Of a DNA stretch of 64,000 nucleotides, positions 1 to 9,605 are shown piece after piece. The number at the start of each line of letters is the position of its first letter. Within the stretch, counting starts at the first letter, position 1. Source of the stretch: Thermodesulfobacteriota bacterium (lineage in GTDB: Bacteria; Desulfobacterota; BSN033; UBA1163); contig JAOAHX010000013.1 in NCBI GenBank assembly GCA_026415035.1, positions 13,717 to 77,716 of the forward strand. Direction: 5' to 3'. Position numbers and translations under genes: made by a program. The notes below the pieces were generated by a model. It made no database searches and had not been told where the DNA came from. It saw nothing but the letters and a program-made list of their open reading frames with translations.

Positions 1-2
1 GG

Positions 3-404
3 GAGGGAGAGCTTTTAAAAGAGGTGATCGTCCCGGGACCGCCCGAGGGGAGTCGTTTCTCGTATCTCAAATTGGGGCGGAGAAAGAGCATGGACCTCGC
101 CCTGGTGAGCGTCGCCGTCCTCTTGACATTGGGAGGAGGCGATCAGAGGTTCGAAAAGGTAAGGATCGGTTTGGGTTCGGTCGGCCCGACCCCCATCCGG
201 GCAAGGGAAGCAGAAAAGGTAATTGAAGGAGGACCTGTAAAGGAAGAGGCGATCCGTGAGGCGGCGGAGGTGGCCTCGAGGCATTGCGAGCCGATCACCG
301 ATATTCGGGCCTCTGCCGAATATCGAAGGGAGATGGTGAAGGTCCTGGTCGCAAGGGCGATTCAGGACTGCCTCGGGCTTCCCATCCCTCCCACGGGCAT
401 TTGA
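3..404 (+). CDS. Xanthine dehydrogenase family FAD-binding subunit (CoxM/XdhB-like), 5'-truncated by the window edge
   Basis: C-terminal motifs GRRKSMDLALVSVA, IGLGSVGPTP and PITDIRASAEYRR; frame is open to the window start; followed by small and large subunits. Confidence 0.9.
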   Translation, partial: EGELLKEVIVPGPPEGSRFSYLKLGRRKSMDLALVSVAVLLTLGGGDQRFEKVRIGLGSVGPTPIRAREAEKVIEGGPVKEEAIREAAEVASRHCEPITDIRASAEYRREMVKVLVARAIQDCLGLPIPPTGI

Positions 405-428
405 GGGAGACCCTCGGGAGCGACATCG

Positions 429-917
429 GTGAAATATCCCCTGAGGTTGACGGTCAACGGAGAGCTCTTCGAGCTTGAGGTCGAAGCCCATCGGACCCTC
501 CTCGAGGTGTTGCGAAAGGACCTAAGATTAAAGGGGGCCAAGGAGGGTTGCGGGGCTGGAGAGTGCGGGGCCTGCACCGTCTTGCTGGATGACGAGCCCG
601 TCAACTCCTGTCTGGTCCTTGCCCTGCAGGCAGACGGAAGGCGGGTGACCACCATCGAAGGCCTGGCACAGGGGACAACCCTTCACCCCCTCCAGGAGGC
701 CTTCATCCGGCATGGGGCGATTCAATGCGGATTCTGCACGCCGGGGATGATCCTCTCGGCCAAAGCCTTTCTCGATCGAAACCCGGAGCCCACGGAGAGG
801 GAGATCCGTGAAGCCTTGGTGGGAAACTTCTGCCGCTGCACGGGATATCAAAAGGTCGTTGAAGCGATCCTCTCTTTGACACGAAGGGAAATGGGAAGAA
901 AGGGCCCAGGAGGATGA
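429..917 (+). CDS. Xanthine dehydrogenase family 2x[2Fe-2S] small subunit (CoxS-like)
   Basis: GCGAGECGACTV...NSC and QCGFCTPG...CRCTGY motifs; GTG start. Confidence 0.95.
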   Translation: MKYPLRLTVNGELFELEVEAHRTLLEVLRKDLRLKGAKEGCGAGECGACTVLLDDEPVNSCLVLALQADGRRVTTIEGLAQGTTLHPLQEAFIRHGAIQCGFCTPGMILSAKAFLDRNPEPTEREIREALVGNFCRCTGYQKVVEAILSLTRREMGRKGPGG

Positions 918-924
918 TCGCACC

Positions 925-3204
925 ATGTCGACCTATTCGATCGTAGGCCGTTCCGTCCCCCAGATCGATGGGCGGGAAAAGGCCCAAGGGAAACTTGAAT
1001 TCATCACCGACCTCGAGCTACCGGGAATGCTCTACGGCAAGGTCCTGAGAAGCCCCCTCCCCCATGCGCGCATCGTATCGATCGATCCCTCCAGGGCAAA
1101 ACGGTTGAGGGGAGTCAGGGCCGTGGTCACGGCCGAAGACACCCCTAAAATCCCCTTCGGTCCGAGGACGGAGGACTGGCAGATCTTCGCCGTAGATAAG
1201 GTCCGGTTCATCGGCGACGAGGTGGCCGCCGTGGCCGCGGTGGACGAGGAGACGGCAGAGGAGGCCCTCGATCTGATCCGCGTGGAGTACGAGGAGCTTC
1301 CCGCGGTCTTCGATCCCATCGAGGCGATGAAGCCCGGCGCCCCTTTGATCCATGACCGGCCCAACAATATCGTCTCTGAATTCAGATTGGAGCGGGGCGA
1401 CGTGGAGAGGGCCTTTCGGGAGTGCGACGTCGTCCACGCCGGCCGCTACTACACGAACCAGGTCTATCAGGCCTATCTCGAACCGATGGCCTGTATCGCC
1501 CATGTCGACCCTTCGGGAAGATTGACCCTCTACCTGGCTACCCAGATCCCCTCGATGACAAGGCTCACCTATGCCAAGGCCCTGGGCCTTCCCCTCGAAA
1601 AGGTCCGGGTCGTCGTCCCTCCCTATGGCGGCGCCTTCGGCGCCAAGATGGAGACCAATCTTCATCTGGCCGCAGCCGTCCTCAGTCAGAAGACGGGAAG
1701 ACCGGTCCGGATGGTCAACAGCCGAGAAGAGGACTTCATGGCCGGCAACCCGAGGGTCCCGATGTATATCGACCTCAAGGTGGGTGCCAAGAAGGACGGA
1801 AGGTTGATCGCCAAAGAGGTGAGGGTCATCGGCGGCTCCGGTGCGAGGGCGATCTATTCGATGGCCATTGTGGCCACGGCCTGTTACCGGGTCGACTCCC
1901 TTTACCGATTCGAACATCTAAAGACCGAGGGCCTGACGGTTTACACCAACACCGTCCCCACCAGCTGTTTCCGGGGCTTCGGAAATGCCCAGATGACCTT
2001 TGCCCTCGAGAGCACGCTCGATATGATCGCGGAGGCGATCGGGATGGACCCGGCCGAATTGCGGATCAGAAACGGGCTCAAGACCGGAGAGGTCTCGATC
2101 CATGGCTGGCAGATCGGCTCTTCGGGGCTGGAGGAGTGCGTGCGAAGGGCCGTGGAGGTCTCGGGCTGGGAGGAGAAACGCCGGCAGAAGCGTTTTGCCC
2201 GAGGCATCGGTCTGGCCTGCTGCAACCACGTCTCGGGCAACCGGGCCTTCTCCAGGGAGTTCGACGGGGGCGCCGGGATCGTGCGGATCGGAAGGGAGGG
2301 AAAGGTCCTCGTCTATCACGGCGAGTCCGACATGGGCCAGGGGCAGAGGACCGTCTTTTCCCAGATCGTGGCCGAGGCGCTCGGGGTTGGCCTTGATCGG
2401 ATCGAGGTGGCCCAGGTCGATACCGAGATCAGCCCTTTCGGCCTCGGTAGCTTTGCCACGCGCGGGACGGTCTTCGGCGGAAACGGCCTTAAAGCCGCAG
2501 CCGAGGCTGCGAAGCAGCAGCTCCTCGAAGGGGTGGCCGAGATCTTCGAGACCTCCCCATCCGCCCTGGAGATCCGAGAGGGGAAGGTCTTTGTCAGGGA
2601 TGAACCGGAGCGTTGCCTCCCATTTGAGAAGGTCGCCGAAGCCTGTATGCTCAGGCGGGGCGGCGCTCCTGTCGTGGGCACAGGGTTCTGGGTTCCGGAT
2701 ACGGAGCTTCCAGATCCCGTGACCAAGTACGGAAATATCTCTCCGGCTTATCCGTTCGCCTGCCAGATCGCCGAGGTGGAGGTGGATACCGAGACCGGCC
2801 AGGTCAACGTGATCCGTTACACCGCAGCCCATGACGTGGGGCGGGCCATCAATCCCCAGGCCATCGAAGGCCAGATTCACGGCGGGGTGGCCCAGGGGAT
2901 CGGCTGGGCCTTGACGGAGGACATGATCCTCCGGGACGGAAAGGTGCTCAACCCCGACTTCAGGGATTACGTGATGCCGGGGCCGCTCGATCTTCCGCCG
3001 ATTCAGACGATTTTGGTGGAACCGGTCGATCCCAACGGGCCTTACGGAGCCAAAGGCATCGGGGAGCCCGCGCTCAATCCCTCCCCTGCCGCGGTGGCCA
3101 ATGCCATTTACGATGCCATCGGCATCCGCTTCACGGAGCTCCCCATCACCCCGGAGAAAATCCTGAAGGCACTGAAAGCCAAGAAGAGAGGGTCTCATGG
3201 CTGA
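925..3204 (+). CDS. Xanthine dehydrogenase/4-hydroxybenzoyl-CoA reductase family molybdopterin-binding large subunit
   Basis: GGAFGAK, FRGFGNAQ, DMGQG, GQIHGGVAQGIG and GAKGIGEP motifs; 759 aa. Confidence 0.93.
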   Translation: MSTYSIVGRSVPQIDGREKAQGKLEFITDLELPGMLYGKVLRSPLPHARIVSIDPSRAKRLRGVRAVVTAEDTPKIPFGPRTEDWQIFAVDKVRFIGDEVAAVAAVDEETAEEALDLIRVEYEELPAVFDPIEAMKPGAPLIHDRPNNIVSEFRLERGDVERAFRECDVVHAGRYYTNQVYQAYLEPMACIAHVDPSGRLTLYLATQIPSMTRLTYAKALGLPLEKVRVVVPPYGGAFGAKMETNLHLAAAVLSQKTGRPVRMVNSREEDFMAGNPRVPMYIDLKVGAKKDGRLIAKEVRVIGGSGARAIYSMAIVATACYRVDSLYRFEHLKTEGLTVYTNTVPTSCFRGFGNAQMTFALESTLDMIAEAIGMDPAELRIRNGLKTGEVSIHGWQIGSSGLEECVRRAVEVSGWEEKRRQKRFARGIGLACCNHVSGNRAFSREFDGGAGIVRIGREGKVLVYHGESDMGQGQRTVFSQIVAEALGVGLDRIEVAQVDTEISPFGLGSFATRGTVFGGNGLKAAAEAAKQQLLEGVAEIFETSPSALEIREGKVFVRDEPERCLPFEKVAEACMLRRGGAPVVGTGFWVPDTELPDPVTKYGNISPAYPFACQIAEVEVDTETGQVNVIRYTAAHDVGRAINPQAIEGQIHGGVAQGIGWALTEDMILRDGKVLNPDFRDYVMPGPLDLPPIQTILVEPVDPNGPYGAKGIGEPALNPSPAAVANAIYDAIGIRFTELPITPEKILKALKAKKRGSHG

Positions 3205-4408
3205 CTTGAAAGTTCAGTTTTGCGGGATCGAGTTTAAAAACCCCATCCTGGCGGCCTCGGCCGAGCCCACGCTCTCGGCGGCCAACATGAAGCAGGTCAT
3301 CCAAACCGGCGCGGGCGGACTCGTGGCCAAGACCGTGACGGACTCCGAGGCCCTGAGGCGCCTGACCAAGAGGTCCAAGTTTCGCTACCTCGACGAAGAG
3401 CACCGGGTCTGTCGGGGGAAGGTGCCCCGCCTCTTCACCTTTTTCGGTCGAACCGGCCTCGCCGAAGAGACGCCCGAAGAGTGGATGAAGGAGCTGAAGG
3501 AGGCCCAGGCCTCTGCCCTGAAATCGGATTGCGTGATCATCGGCAGCGTGGCCGGGACGACGGTCGAAAGCTGGGTGACCCTTGCGAAGATGATCGAAGA
3601 CACGGGGATCCGCCTGGTCGAGCTTAACTTCGGGTGTCCCCACCCCTCGGAGATGAAGGGGACGCCCACGGGCATGCTGGTCGGGCAGGATAAAGCCTCG
3701 GCCTCCGAGATCACCCATCGGGTGACCGAGGCCGTGAAGATTCCCGTGATCATCAAACTGACGCCCCAGGTGGCCGATGTGGTGGAGATGGCCCGGGCGG
3801 TCCGATCGGCAGGGGCCTCGGCCGTGACGATCATCAACCGCTTCGTCGGATTCTGCGTCGATATCGAGACAGGAAAACCCCTCCTCCATGGGTGGGCAGG
3901 CGTGGGAGGTCCCTGGGTCAAACCCTTGACCCTCCGATGGGTCTCCAAGATTTACACGAGCCTCGGCCTTCCCATCACCGGGACCAACGGCGTCTACGAC
4001 TGGAAGGACGCCGTGGAGTTTATGATGTCCGGGGCGAGCCTGGTCCAGTTCTGCTCGGTCGTGATGCTCAAGGGATATGCCTATCTCGGGCGAATCGTGA
4101 AGGACCTGGAAGGCTTCCTGGACCGCAAAGGATACGGGTCGGTTCGAGAGATCATCGGCCTGGCGGCCCGGGCGGCCATGACCTACGAGGAGATGGAATC
4201 GCTTCCCAAGGAATATGCCTCGATCGATCCCACCCTGTGCACCGCCTGCAGGCGCTGTTTTCGTTCCTGTTTCTACAACGCGATCGAGGTAAAGGGGAAG
4301 GCCGTGAGGATCACCGAGGCCTGCCGGGGCTGTGGCCTCTGCACCTGCGTCTGTCCCGTGCCGGGCGCCATCCACCTTCAGAGCGAACCGCTCCGTTTTT
4401 CTTCTTGA
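3197..4408 (+). CDS. preA: Dihydropyrimidine dehydrogenase subunit PreA-like FMN enzyme with C-terminal 2x[4Fe-4S] domain
   Basis: LNFGCPH catalytic loop, IKLTP, C-terminal CTACRRCFRSC and CRGCGLCTCVCP; overlaps the upstream stop. Confidence 0.8.
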   Translation: MADLKVQFCGIEFKNPILAASAEPTLSAANMKQVIQTGAGGLVAKTVTDSEALRRLTKRSKFRYLDEEHRVCRGKVPRLFTFFGRTGLAEETPEEWMKELKEAQASALKSDCVIIGSVAGTTVESWVTLAKMIEDTGIRLVELNFGCPHPSEMKGTPTGMLVGQDKASASEITHRVTEAVKIPVIIKLTPQVADVVEMARAVRSAGASAVTIINRFVGFCVDIETGKPLLHGWAGVGGPWVKPLTLRWVSKIYTSLGLPITGTNGVYDWKDAVEFMMSGASLVQFCSVVMLKGYAYLGRIVKDLEGFLDRKGYGSVREIIGLAARAAMTYEEMESLPKEYASIDPTLCTACRRCFRSCFYNAIEVKGKAVRITEACRGCGLCTCVCPVPGAIHLQSEPLRFSS

Positions 4409-4443
4409 CAAACTCCCGCCGATGATGTAATGGTTTAACCATT
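4405..4443 (+). promoter_or_regulatory. Promoter -35 (TTGACA) and palindromic FadR-type operator AATGGT-TTA-ACCATT
   Basis: TTGACA at 4405-4410; perfect inverted repeat at 4429-4443, 4 nt before the regulator ATG; resembles PdhR/LldR-type TGGT-N3-ACCA operators. Confidence 0.65.
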
Positions 4444-4447
4444 CGAA

Positions 4448-5182
4448 ATGGATCGGATCTTCAGGAAGGCCAAACAGAGCCGGGCCTTCGAGGACGTCGT
4501 CTCCCAGATCCAGGAGGCGATCCTCGAAGGGAGATTGAAAACCGGGGAGCGGCTTCCGGGCGAACGGCAGTTGCGGGAGGCCTTTCAGGTCAGCCGGGGC
4601 ACCCTGAGGGAGGCCCTCCGGACCCTGGAGCAGAAGAAGCTCATCCAGATCCGGACCGGAGCCCGAGGGGGCGCGATCGTCTGTCCGGTCAACACCGAGC
4701 CCGTCAGCGAAAGCCTCGACCTCCTGCTCCGGTATCAGAAGGTCGGCCTGAAGGAGCTCGCGGAGTTCCGGGAGGAGGTGGAGGGAGCCGTGGCCGAGAG
4801 GGCAGCCCGGAGGGCGAAGAAGGAGGACATCGAGGAGCTGAAGGCCTATCTCGGATCGATGCAACCCCTCCTCGAGGACGGCCGAAATACCTGGAGGGAG
4901 ATGATCGAGATCGACAACCAATTTCATCGATGCCTGGCCCGGATGGCGGGCAACCGGGTCTTCGAATCGATCCTGACGATCGTCTATGACAACATCTTTC
5001 GGTATTTCGATCGGTTCCTTCCCAGAGACAAGAAGGTGGTCGAGAGGATCTACAAGGACCTGAGCGGGATCGTCGAGGCCATCCAAATGAAGGACCCCCA
5101 GAAGACCAAGGCCCTGATCCAGGACCACGTGAGGCGGTTCGACCGGATGATGGAGGCAAATCGGAAGAAGGTCTTCGGGTGA
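4448..5182 (+). CDS. FadR/GntR family transcriptional regulator
   Basis: N-terminal wHTH LPGERQLREAFQVSRGTLREAL; FCD domain with DNQFH...GN. Confidence 0.93.
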   Translation: MDRIFRKAKQSRAFEDVVSQIQEAILEGRLKTGERLPGERQLREAFQVSRGTLREALRTLEQKKLIQIRTGARGGAIVCPVNTEPVSESLDLLLRYQKVGLKELAEFREEVEGAVAERAARRAKKEDIEELKAYLGSMQPLLEDGRNTWREMIEIDNQFHRCLARMAGNRVFESILTIVYDNIFRYFDRFLPRDKKVVERIYKDLSGIVEAIQMKDPQKTKALIQDHVRRFDRMMEANRKKVFG

Positions 5183-5273
5183 GAAGGAGGTGATGGCAGA
5201 GAAGGACGTAAGAATGCCAAAGGTTGGAACGAGCCTCTAAAAGCAGAGGGAATCCATTTTCAAGGAGGGAGAG

Positions 5274-6386
5274 ATGAAAAAGGTAAGCCTGTGGACGTTG
5301 ACAATACTTCTTTGCATAGGAATAGGTGTCTCATGGGTCACGCCCAAATCGACCGAGGCCCAGACCATCTCCTGGAAGATGCAGACGACCTGGCCCGCGG
5401 GCATGGCCCTTCACACGAGCGCGGTCGGTCTGGCCAAGAGGATCGAGGAGATGACAGGCGGCAGGCTCAAGATCGAGGTCTTGCCTGCAGGGGCCATCGT
5501 CCCTGCCTTTGAGGTCTTAGGAGCGGTCCACAAGGGGACCCTCGATGCGGCCCACGGATGGTCCGCCTACTGGATCGGAAGACACCCGGCGGCCAACCTC
5601 TTCTCCAGCGTGGCAGGCGGTCCCTTCGGCATGGACAACGTGGACTATGCGGGCTGGCTCTACCACGGAGGAGGACTGGAGCTTTACAGAGAACTTTACC
5701 TCGATGTGATGAAGATGAACGTCATGGTCTTTCCGACCGACATCATCGCCTCCGAACCCTTAGGTTGGTTTAAGAAGCCGATCAAGTCCTGGGCCGATTT
5801 AAAGGGGATCAAGATGCGAGAGGCGGGCTTGACGGCGGAGATCTATAAAGAGGCGGGCATCACGGTCGTGGCCATGCCCGGAGGCGAGATCCTGCCTGCG
5901 ATGGAGCGGGGGGTGATCGACGGAGCGGCCTTCATGTGCCCCACCACGGACAAGGAACTGGGACTCATGGATGTGGCCAAATTCTACCATGCCCCGGGCA
6001 TCCACCGGCACACCGGCACCTTGGAGCTCCTCATCAACAAAGAGAAATGGGATAGACTGCCAGCGGACATCAAGGCCATCGTCGATGTGGCCAGCCGCGA
6101 AAACCTCTTCCGCGCCTGGATCGACCTGGTCGATAAGAACGTAAAGGACCTCGAAGTCCTCAAGACCAAACATGGTGTGAAACTGGTCGAGACCCCCAAA
6201 GAGGTCATCCTCGAAATCCTGAAGGCGTGGGATAAGGTGGCGGCCCGATATGTGGCCAAGGACCCCTTCTTCGCCAAGGTCTATGCCTCCCAGAAGGAGT
6301 ATGCGAGGAAGATCGTGGAGTATCGCCGGGAATTCTACGTGCCCTACGAGTTGGTCGCCGACTACTACTGGCCGAAGAAGAAGTAG
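5274..6386 (+). CDS. dctP: TRAP transporter substrate-binding protein (DctP/TakP-like)
   Basis: Signal peptide, WKMQTTWP, GWFKKPIKSWADLKGIKMR, MPGGEILPAMERGVIDG. Confidence 0.92.
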   Translation: MKKVSLWTLTILLCIGIGVSWVTPKSTEAQTISWKMQTTWPAGMALHTSAVGLAKRIEEMTGGRLKIEVLPAGAIVPAFEVLGAVHKGTLDAAHGWSAYWIGRHPAANLFSSVAGGPFGMDNVDYAGWLYHGGGLELYRELYLDVMKMNVMVFPTDIIASEPLGWFKKPIKSWADLKGIKMREAGLTAEIYKEAGITVVAMPGGEILPAMERGVIDGAAFMCPTTDKELGLMDVAKFYHAPGIHRHTGTLELLINKEKWDRLPADIKAIVDVASRENLFRAWIDLVDKNVKDLEVLKTKHGVKLVETPKEVILEILKAWDKVAARYVAKDPFFAKVYASQKEYARKIVEYRREFYVPYELVADYYWPKKK

Positions 6387-6392
6387 AGGCCC

Positions 6393-6436
6393 CTCCCCCA
6401 TCCCCGTCGAGACAAGGGATGGGGGAGCCCCTTTTT
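6393..6436 (+). terminator. Intrinsic terminator/stabilising hairpin after dctP
   Basis: CTCCCCCATCCC...GGGATGGGGGAG stem followed by CCCTTTTTT. Confidence 0.65.
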
Positions 6437-6463
6437 TCGGTCATAGAGAAAGAGTGAACCGAG

Positions 6464-6991
6464 ATGAACCTATCGATCGAAAAACTGTTGAGCATCGCCC
6501 GCGGCATCGACCGGATCAGCCTCTGGTCGGGCACCAAGGCAGCCTGGCTCATCCTGCCCCTCATCTTCGGGCTGACCTATGAGGTGATCTCTCGCTATCT
6601 CTTCAAGGCCCCGACCATCTGGGCTTACGATTTGGCCTATATGCTCTACGGAAGCCATTTCATGTTGGGCGCGGCCTTCACCCTCTTCAAAAAGGGCCAT
6701 ATTCGGACCGATATCTTCTATGACAAGTGGTCTCCCAAAAAACAGGGGACGGTTGATGCCCTGCTCTACATCTTCTTCTTCTTCCCCGGCATCGCCCTCT
6801 TCTTCGTGGCCAGCTTGGAGGAGGCCATCCACTCCTGGAGCCTGTGGGAGAGGTCCGAGGTGGGCGCCTGGCGTCCGCCCATCTTCCCGTTTAAAACGGT
6901 GATCCCCCTGACCGCCCTCTTCCTTCTCGTCCAGGGGGTCTCCGAATTGATCAAAAGCCTCTATGCGGCCAAAAAGGGAGAATGGCCATGA
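6464..6991 (+). CDS. dctQ: TRAP transporter small permease
   Basis: Four hydrophobic segments; YEVISRYLF, HIRTDIFY. Confidence 0.92.
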   Translation: MNLSIEKLLSIARGIDRISLWSGTKAAWLILPLIFGLTYEVISRYLFKAPTIWAYDLAYMLYGSHFMLGAAFTLFKKGHIRTDIFYDKWSPKKQGTVDALLYIFFFFPGIALFFVASLEEAIHSWSLWERSEVGAWRPPIFPFKTVIPLTALFLLVQGVSELIKSLYAAKKGEWP

Positions 6992-8304
6992 AGCCGGAAT
7001 ATGTGGGACTCATCCTTTTAGGATCGCTCCTTACGGGAATCTTCGTTGGATTTCCCATCGCCTTCACGCTCATCATCCTCGCTGTGGTCTTCGGGTATAT
7101 CGGCTTCGGCATGGGCGTCTTCGACCTGATGGTCTTTCAGACCCTCGGTCTGATGAAGGAGGAGACCTTGGCCGCCGTTCCCCTTTTCATCTTCATGGGC
7201 CATCTCTTAGAACATGCGGGATTGATGGAGCGGCTCTTCAAATCCTTCCAATCGATCTTGGGCGGCCTCAAGGGCTCTCTCTACCTCGGCGTCCTTCTGA
7301 CGGCAACGATCTTTGCCACCGCCACGGGGATCATCGGCGCTTCGGTCACGGTGATCGGGTTGATGGCCGCCCCGCTCATGATCAAAAGCGGCTACGACAC
7401 GAGGCTCTCCGCAGGGGTGATCACCGCAGGAGGAGCCCTGGGCATCCTCATCCCACCGAGCGTCATGCTCGTCGTCATCGGACCGGTGGTGGGCGTCTCG
7501 GTCGTCAAACTCTTCGTTGCGGCCATCCTGCCCGGCCTTCTCCTGTCGGCCCTCTACTGCACCTACTCCCTGATCAAGTGTCACATCTGGCCCGAGCTGG
7601 GTCCCACGGTGCCTCCGGAGGAGAGGATCACCTCGACCCGCGAGATCTTAAAAGAGCTCTTTTCGGGGATCGTGCCGATGGCCTTCATCATCTTTGCTGC
7701 CCTCGGAAGCATCATCGCAGGCCTGGCCACACCGACCGAGGCCGCGGCCATGGCGGCCAGTGGCGCCCTCCTCCTGACCATCGCCTATCGAAAGCTGACC
7801 CGAGAGGTCTTGAAAGAGGCGGCCTACAAGACGATCCAGACCTCGAGCATGATCCTCTTTCTCGCGATGGCCTCAAACATCTTCGGCGCGGTCTTCACCC
7901 GCCTGGGGACGAGTTCGATGATCGCCAAGGCGATGCTCTCCATCCCCATCCCTCCGATGGGCATGCTGGCCCTGCTCATGGTCGTCATCTTCCTCTTGGG
8001 ATGGCCCCTCGAGTGGCCGGCCATCGTCTTCATCTTCCTTCCCATCTTCCTTCCTGTGGTTCAGGAATTGAAATTAGACAAGGTCTGGTTCAGCACCCTG
8101 GTGGCGGTCAACCTTCAGACGGCCTACCTCTCTCCGCCCGTGGCCATGGCCGCTTACTATCTGAAGGCCGTGGCCCCGAAGTGGGAGCTGCTCGACATCT
8201 ATAAAGGGATGGCCGAGTTCATGGTCCTCCAGGTGATCGGCCTCATCCTCGTCTTCATCTTTCCCCAGATCGCCCTCTGGTTGCCGAACCTTTTGCTAAA
8301 ATAG
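6988..8304 (+). CDS. dctM: TRAP transporter large permease
   Basis: AVPLFIFMG, GILIPPS, ATPTEAAA, LSPPVA; ATGA overlap with dctQ (alternative start 6982). Confidence 0.93.
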   Translation: MKPEYVGLILLGSLLTGIFVGFPIAFTLIILAVVFGYIGFGMGVFDLMVFQTLGLMKEETLAAVPLFIFMGHLLEHAGLMERLFKSFQSILGGLKGSLYLGVLLTATIFATATGIIGASVTVIGLMAAPLMIKSGYDTRLSAGVITAGGALGILIPPSVMLVVIGPVVGVSVVKLFVAAILPGLLLSALYCTYSLIKCHIWPELGPTVPPEERITSTREILKELFSGIVPMAFIIFAALGSIIAGLATPTEAAAMAASGALLLTIAYRKLTREVLKEAAYKTIQTSSMILFLAMASNIFGAVFTRLGTSSMIAKAMLSIPIPPMGMLALLMVVIFLLGWPLEWPAIVFIFLPIFLPVVQELKLDKVWFSTLVAVNLQTAYLSPPVAMAAYYLKAVAPKWELLDIYKGMAEFMVLQVIGLILVFIFPQIALWLPNLLLK

Positions 8305-8340
8305 TTTAGGGGCGTTCAAACCGGTTGAGGCTTTGGCCCG

Positions 8341-9519
8341 ATGGACCCGAAGAGGCATTTCGATCTTCTCATCGTGGGAGGCGGGGTGATGGGATCGAGC
8401 CTCGCCTACCATCTCGCCCACGATGGGTTTCAGGGACGGGTGGCCGTCTTCGAGAAAGACCCCTCCTATGAGAAGGCCTCCACGGTCCTAAGCGTGGGCG
8501 GCATCCGGAGGCAGTTCAGCACCGAGGTCAATGTCCGGCTCTCCCAGTATAGCCTCGCCTTCTATCGGGAGTTCGGTGAGCGGATGGAGGTCGAGGGCGT
8601 CCGGCCCGAGATCGACTTTAAACCGAGGGGCTATCTCTTCCTCGGGAACGAGAGGAACTGGCCCCTTTTGGTCAAACACCAGGCCTTCCAGAGATCGCTC
8701 GGCGTGGAGACGAAGCTCTTAACCCCCGAAGAGACCCTCCGGCTCATCCCAGACCTCAATGCAGAGGACCTGGTCGGCTCCTCCTTCTCTCCGGGCGACG
8801 GCTACATGGATCCCCACAGCGTGCTTCAGGGGTTTGTCAGAAAGGCAAAACACCTCGGCGTCACCTATATCCACCAGGAGGTGGTCGAAATCTTCCGCAA
8901 AGGGGATCGGCTGGAGGGGTTGAGGACGAAGGAGGGCACGACCTACGCAGCTCCGATCATCGTGAATGCGGCCGGCCCCTATGCCGGAGCCGTGGGAAGG
9001 ATGGCCGGAATCGAGATCCCGGTGGTTCCGGTGAGGCGGATGGTCTATCTCGTCAAACCCCCTCGACTCTTCGAATACGACCTTCCCTTGGTGATCGATC
9101 CCTCGGGCGTCTACTTCCTTCACGAGACAGGGAGGCAGATCCTGACAGGAAAGTCGAGAAAGGAGGAGCCCCCGGGATTCAACTTCCAGTGGGATCGGGA
9201 CTACTTCCAGGAGACGATTTGGCCTGCCCTGGCCCACCGGATTCCTCTCTTCGACGCGCTGAAACTGGTCAGCGGCTGGGCAGGGCTTTATGAGATCAAC
9301 CAGTGGGACTTCAACGGGATCATTGGAAATCATCCGGAGGTCTCCAATTTCTTCATGGCCGTTGGATTCAGCGGCCATGGATTTCAACAGGCGCCCGCCG
9401 TAGGCAAAGCCCTCTCCGAAAAGATCCGCCTCGGCCGATACGAGACCGTGGATGCAAGCCCTTTGGGATACGAACGGATCGTCGAGGGGAGAAAGGTCCT
9501 GGAGGAGGAGGTGATATAG
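8341..9519 (+). CDS. FAD-dependent amine oxidoreductase (DAO/sarcosine oxidase beta/proline-pipecolate dehydrogenase-like)
   Basis: GGGVMG dinucleotide fold, SVGGIRRQFS, WAGLY, GFSGHGFQQAP. Confidence 0.85.
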   Translation: MDPKRHFDLLIVGGGVMGSSLAYHLAHDGFQGRVAVFEKDPSYEKASTVLSVGGIRRQFSTEVNVRLSQYSLAFYREFGERMEVEGVRPEIDFKPRGYLFLGNERNWPLLVKHQAFQRSLGVETKLLTPEETLRLIPDLNAEDLVGSSFSPGDGYMDPHSVLQGFVRKAKHLGVTYIHQEVVEIFRKGDRLEGLRTKEGTTYAAPIIVNAAGPYAGAVGRMAGIEIPVVPVRRMVYLVKPPRLFEYDLPLVIDPSGVYFLHETGRQILTGKSRKEEPPGFNFQWDRDYFQETIWPALAHRIPLFDALKLVSGWAGLYEINQWDFNGIIGNHPEVSNFFMAVGFSGHGFQQAPAVGKALSEKIRLGRYETVDASPLGYERIVEGRKVLEEEVI

Positions 9520-9605
9520 AGCAAGTTTCAATTTTGGGGGATGAAGGGGGTTATGGGATAGCAGAGGGTGAACAATAGACAACAAAACGAGGAGCGAGAG
9601 GACCG

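Noticed and set aside
925..3204. Aerobic form I CO dehydrogenase CoxL
   Set aside because: The active-site loop is CFRGFG, not AYXCSFR
3146..5128. 660-aa minus-strand ORF and many other long antisense ORFs (e.g. 1918-3198, 20509-21717, 38513-39859)
   Set aside because: Shadow frames of well-supported plus-strand genes in GC-rich DNA; no recognisable motifs
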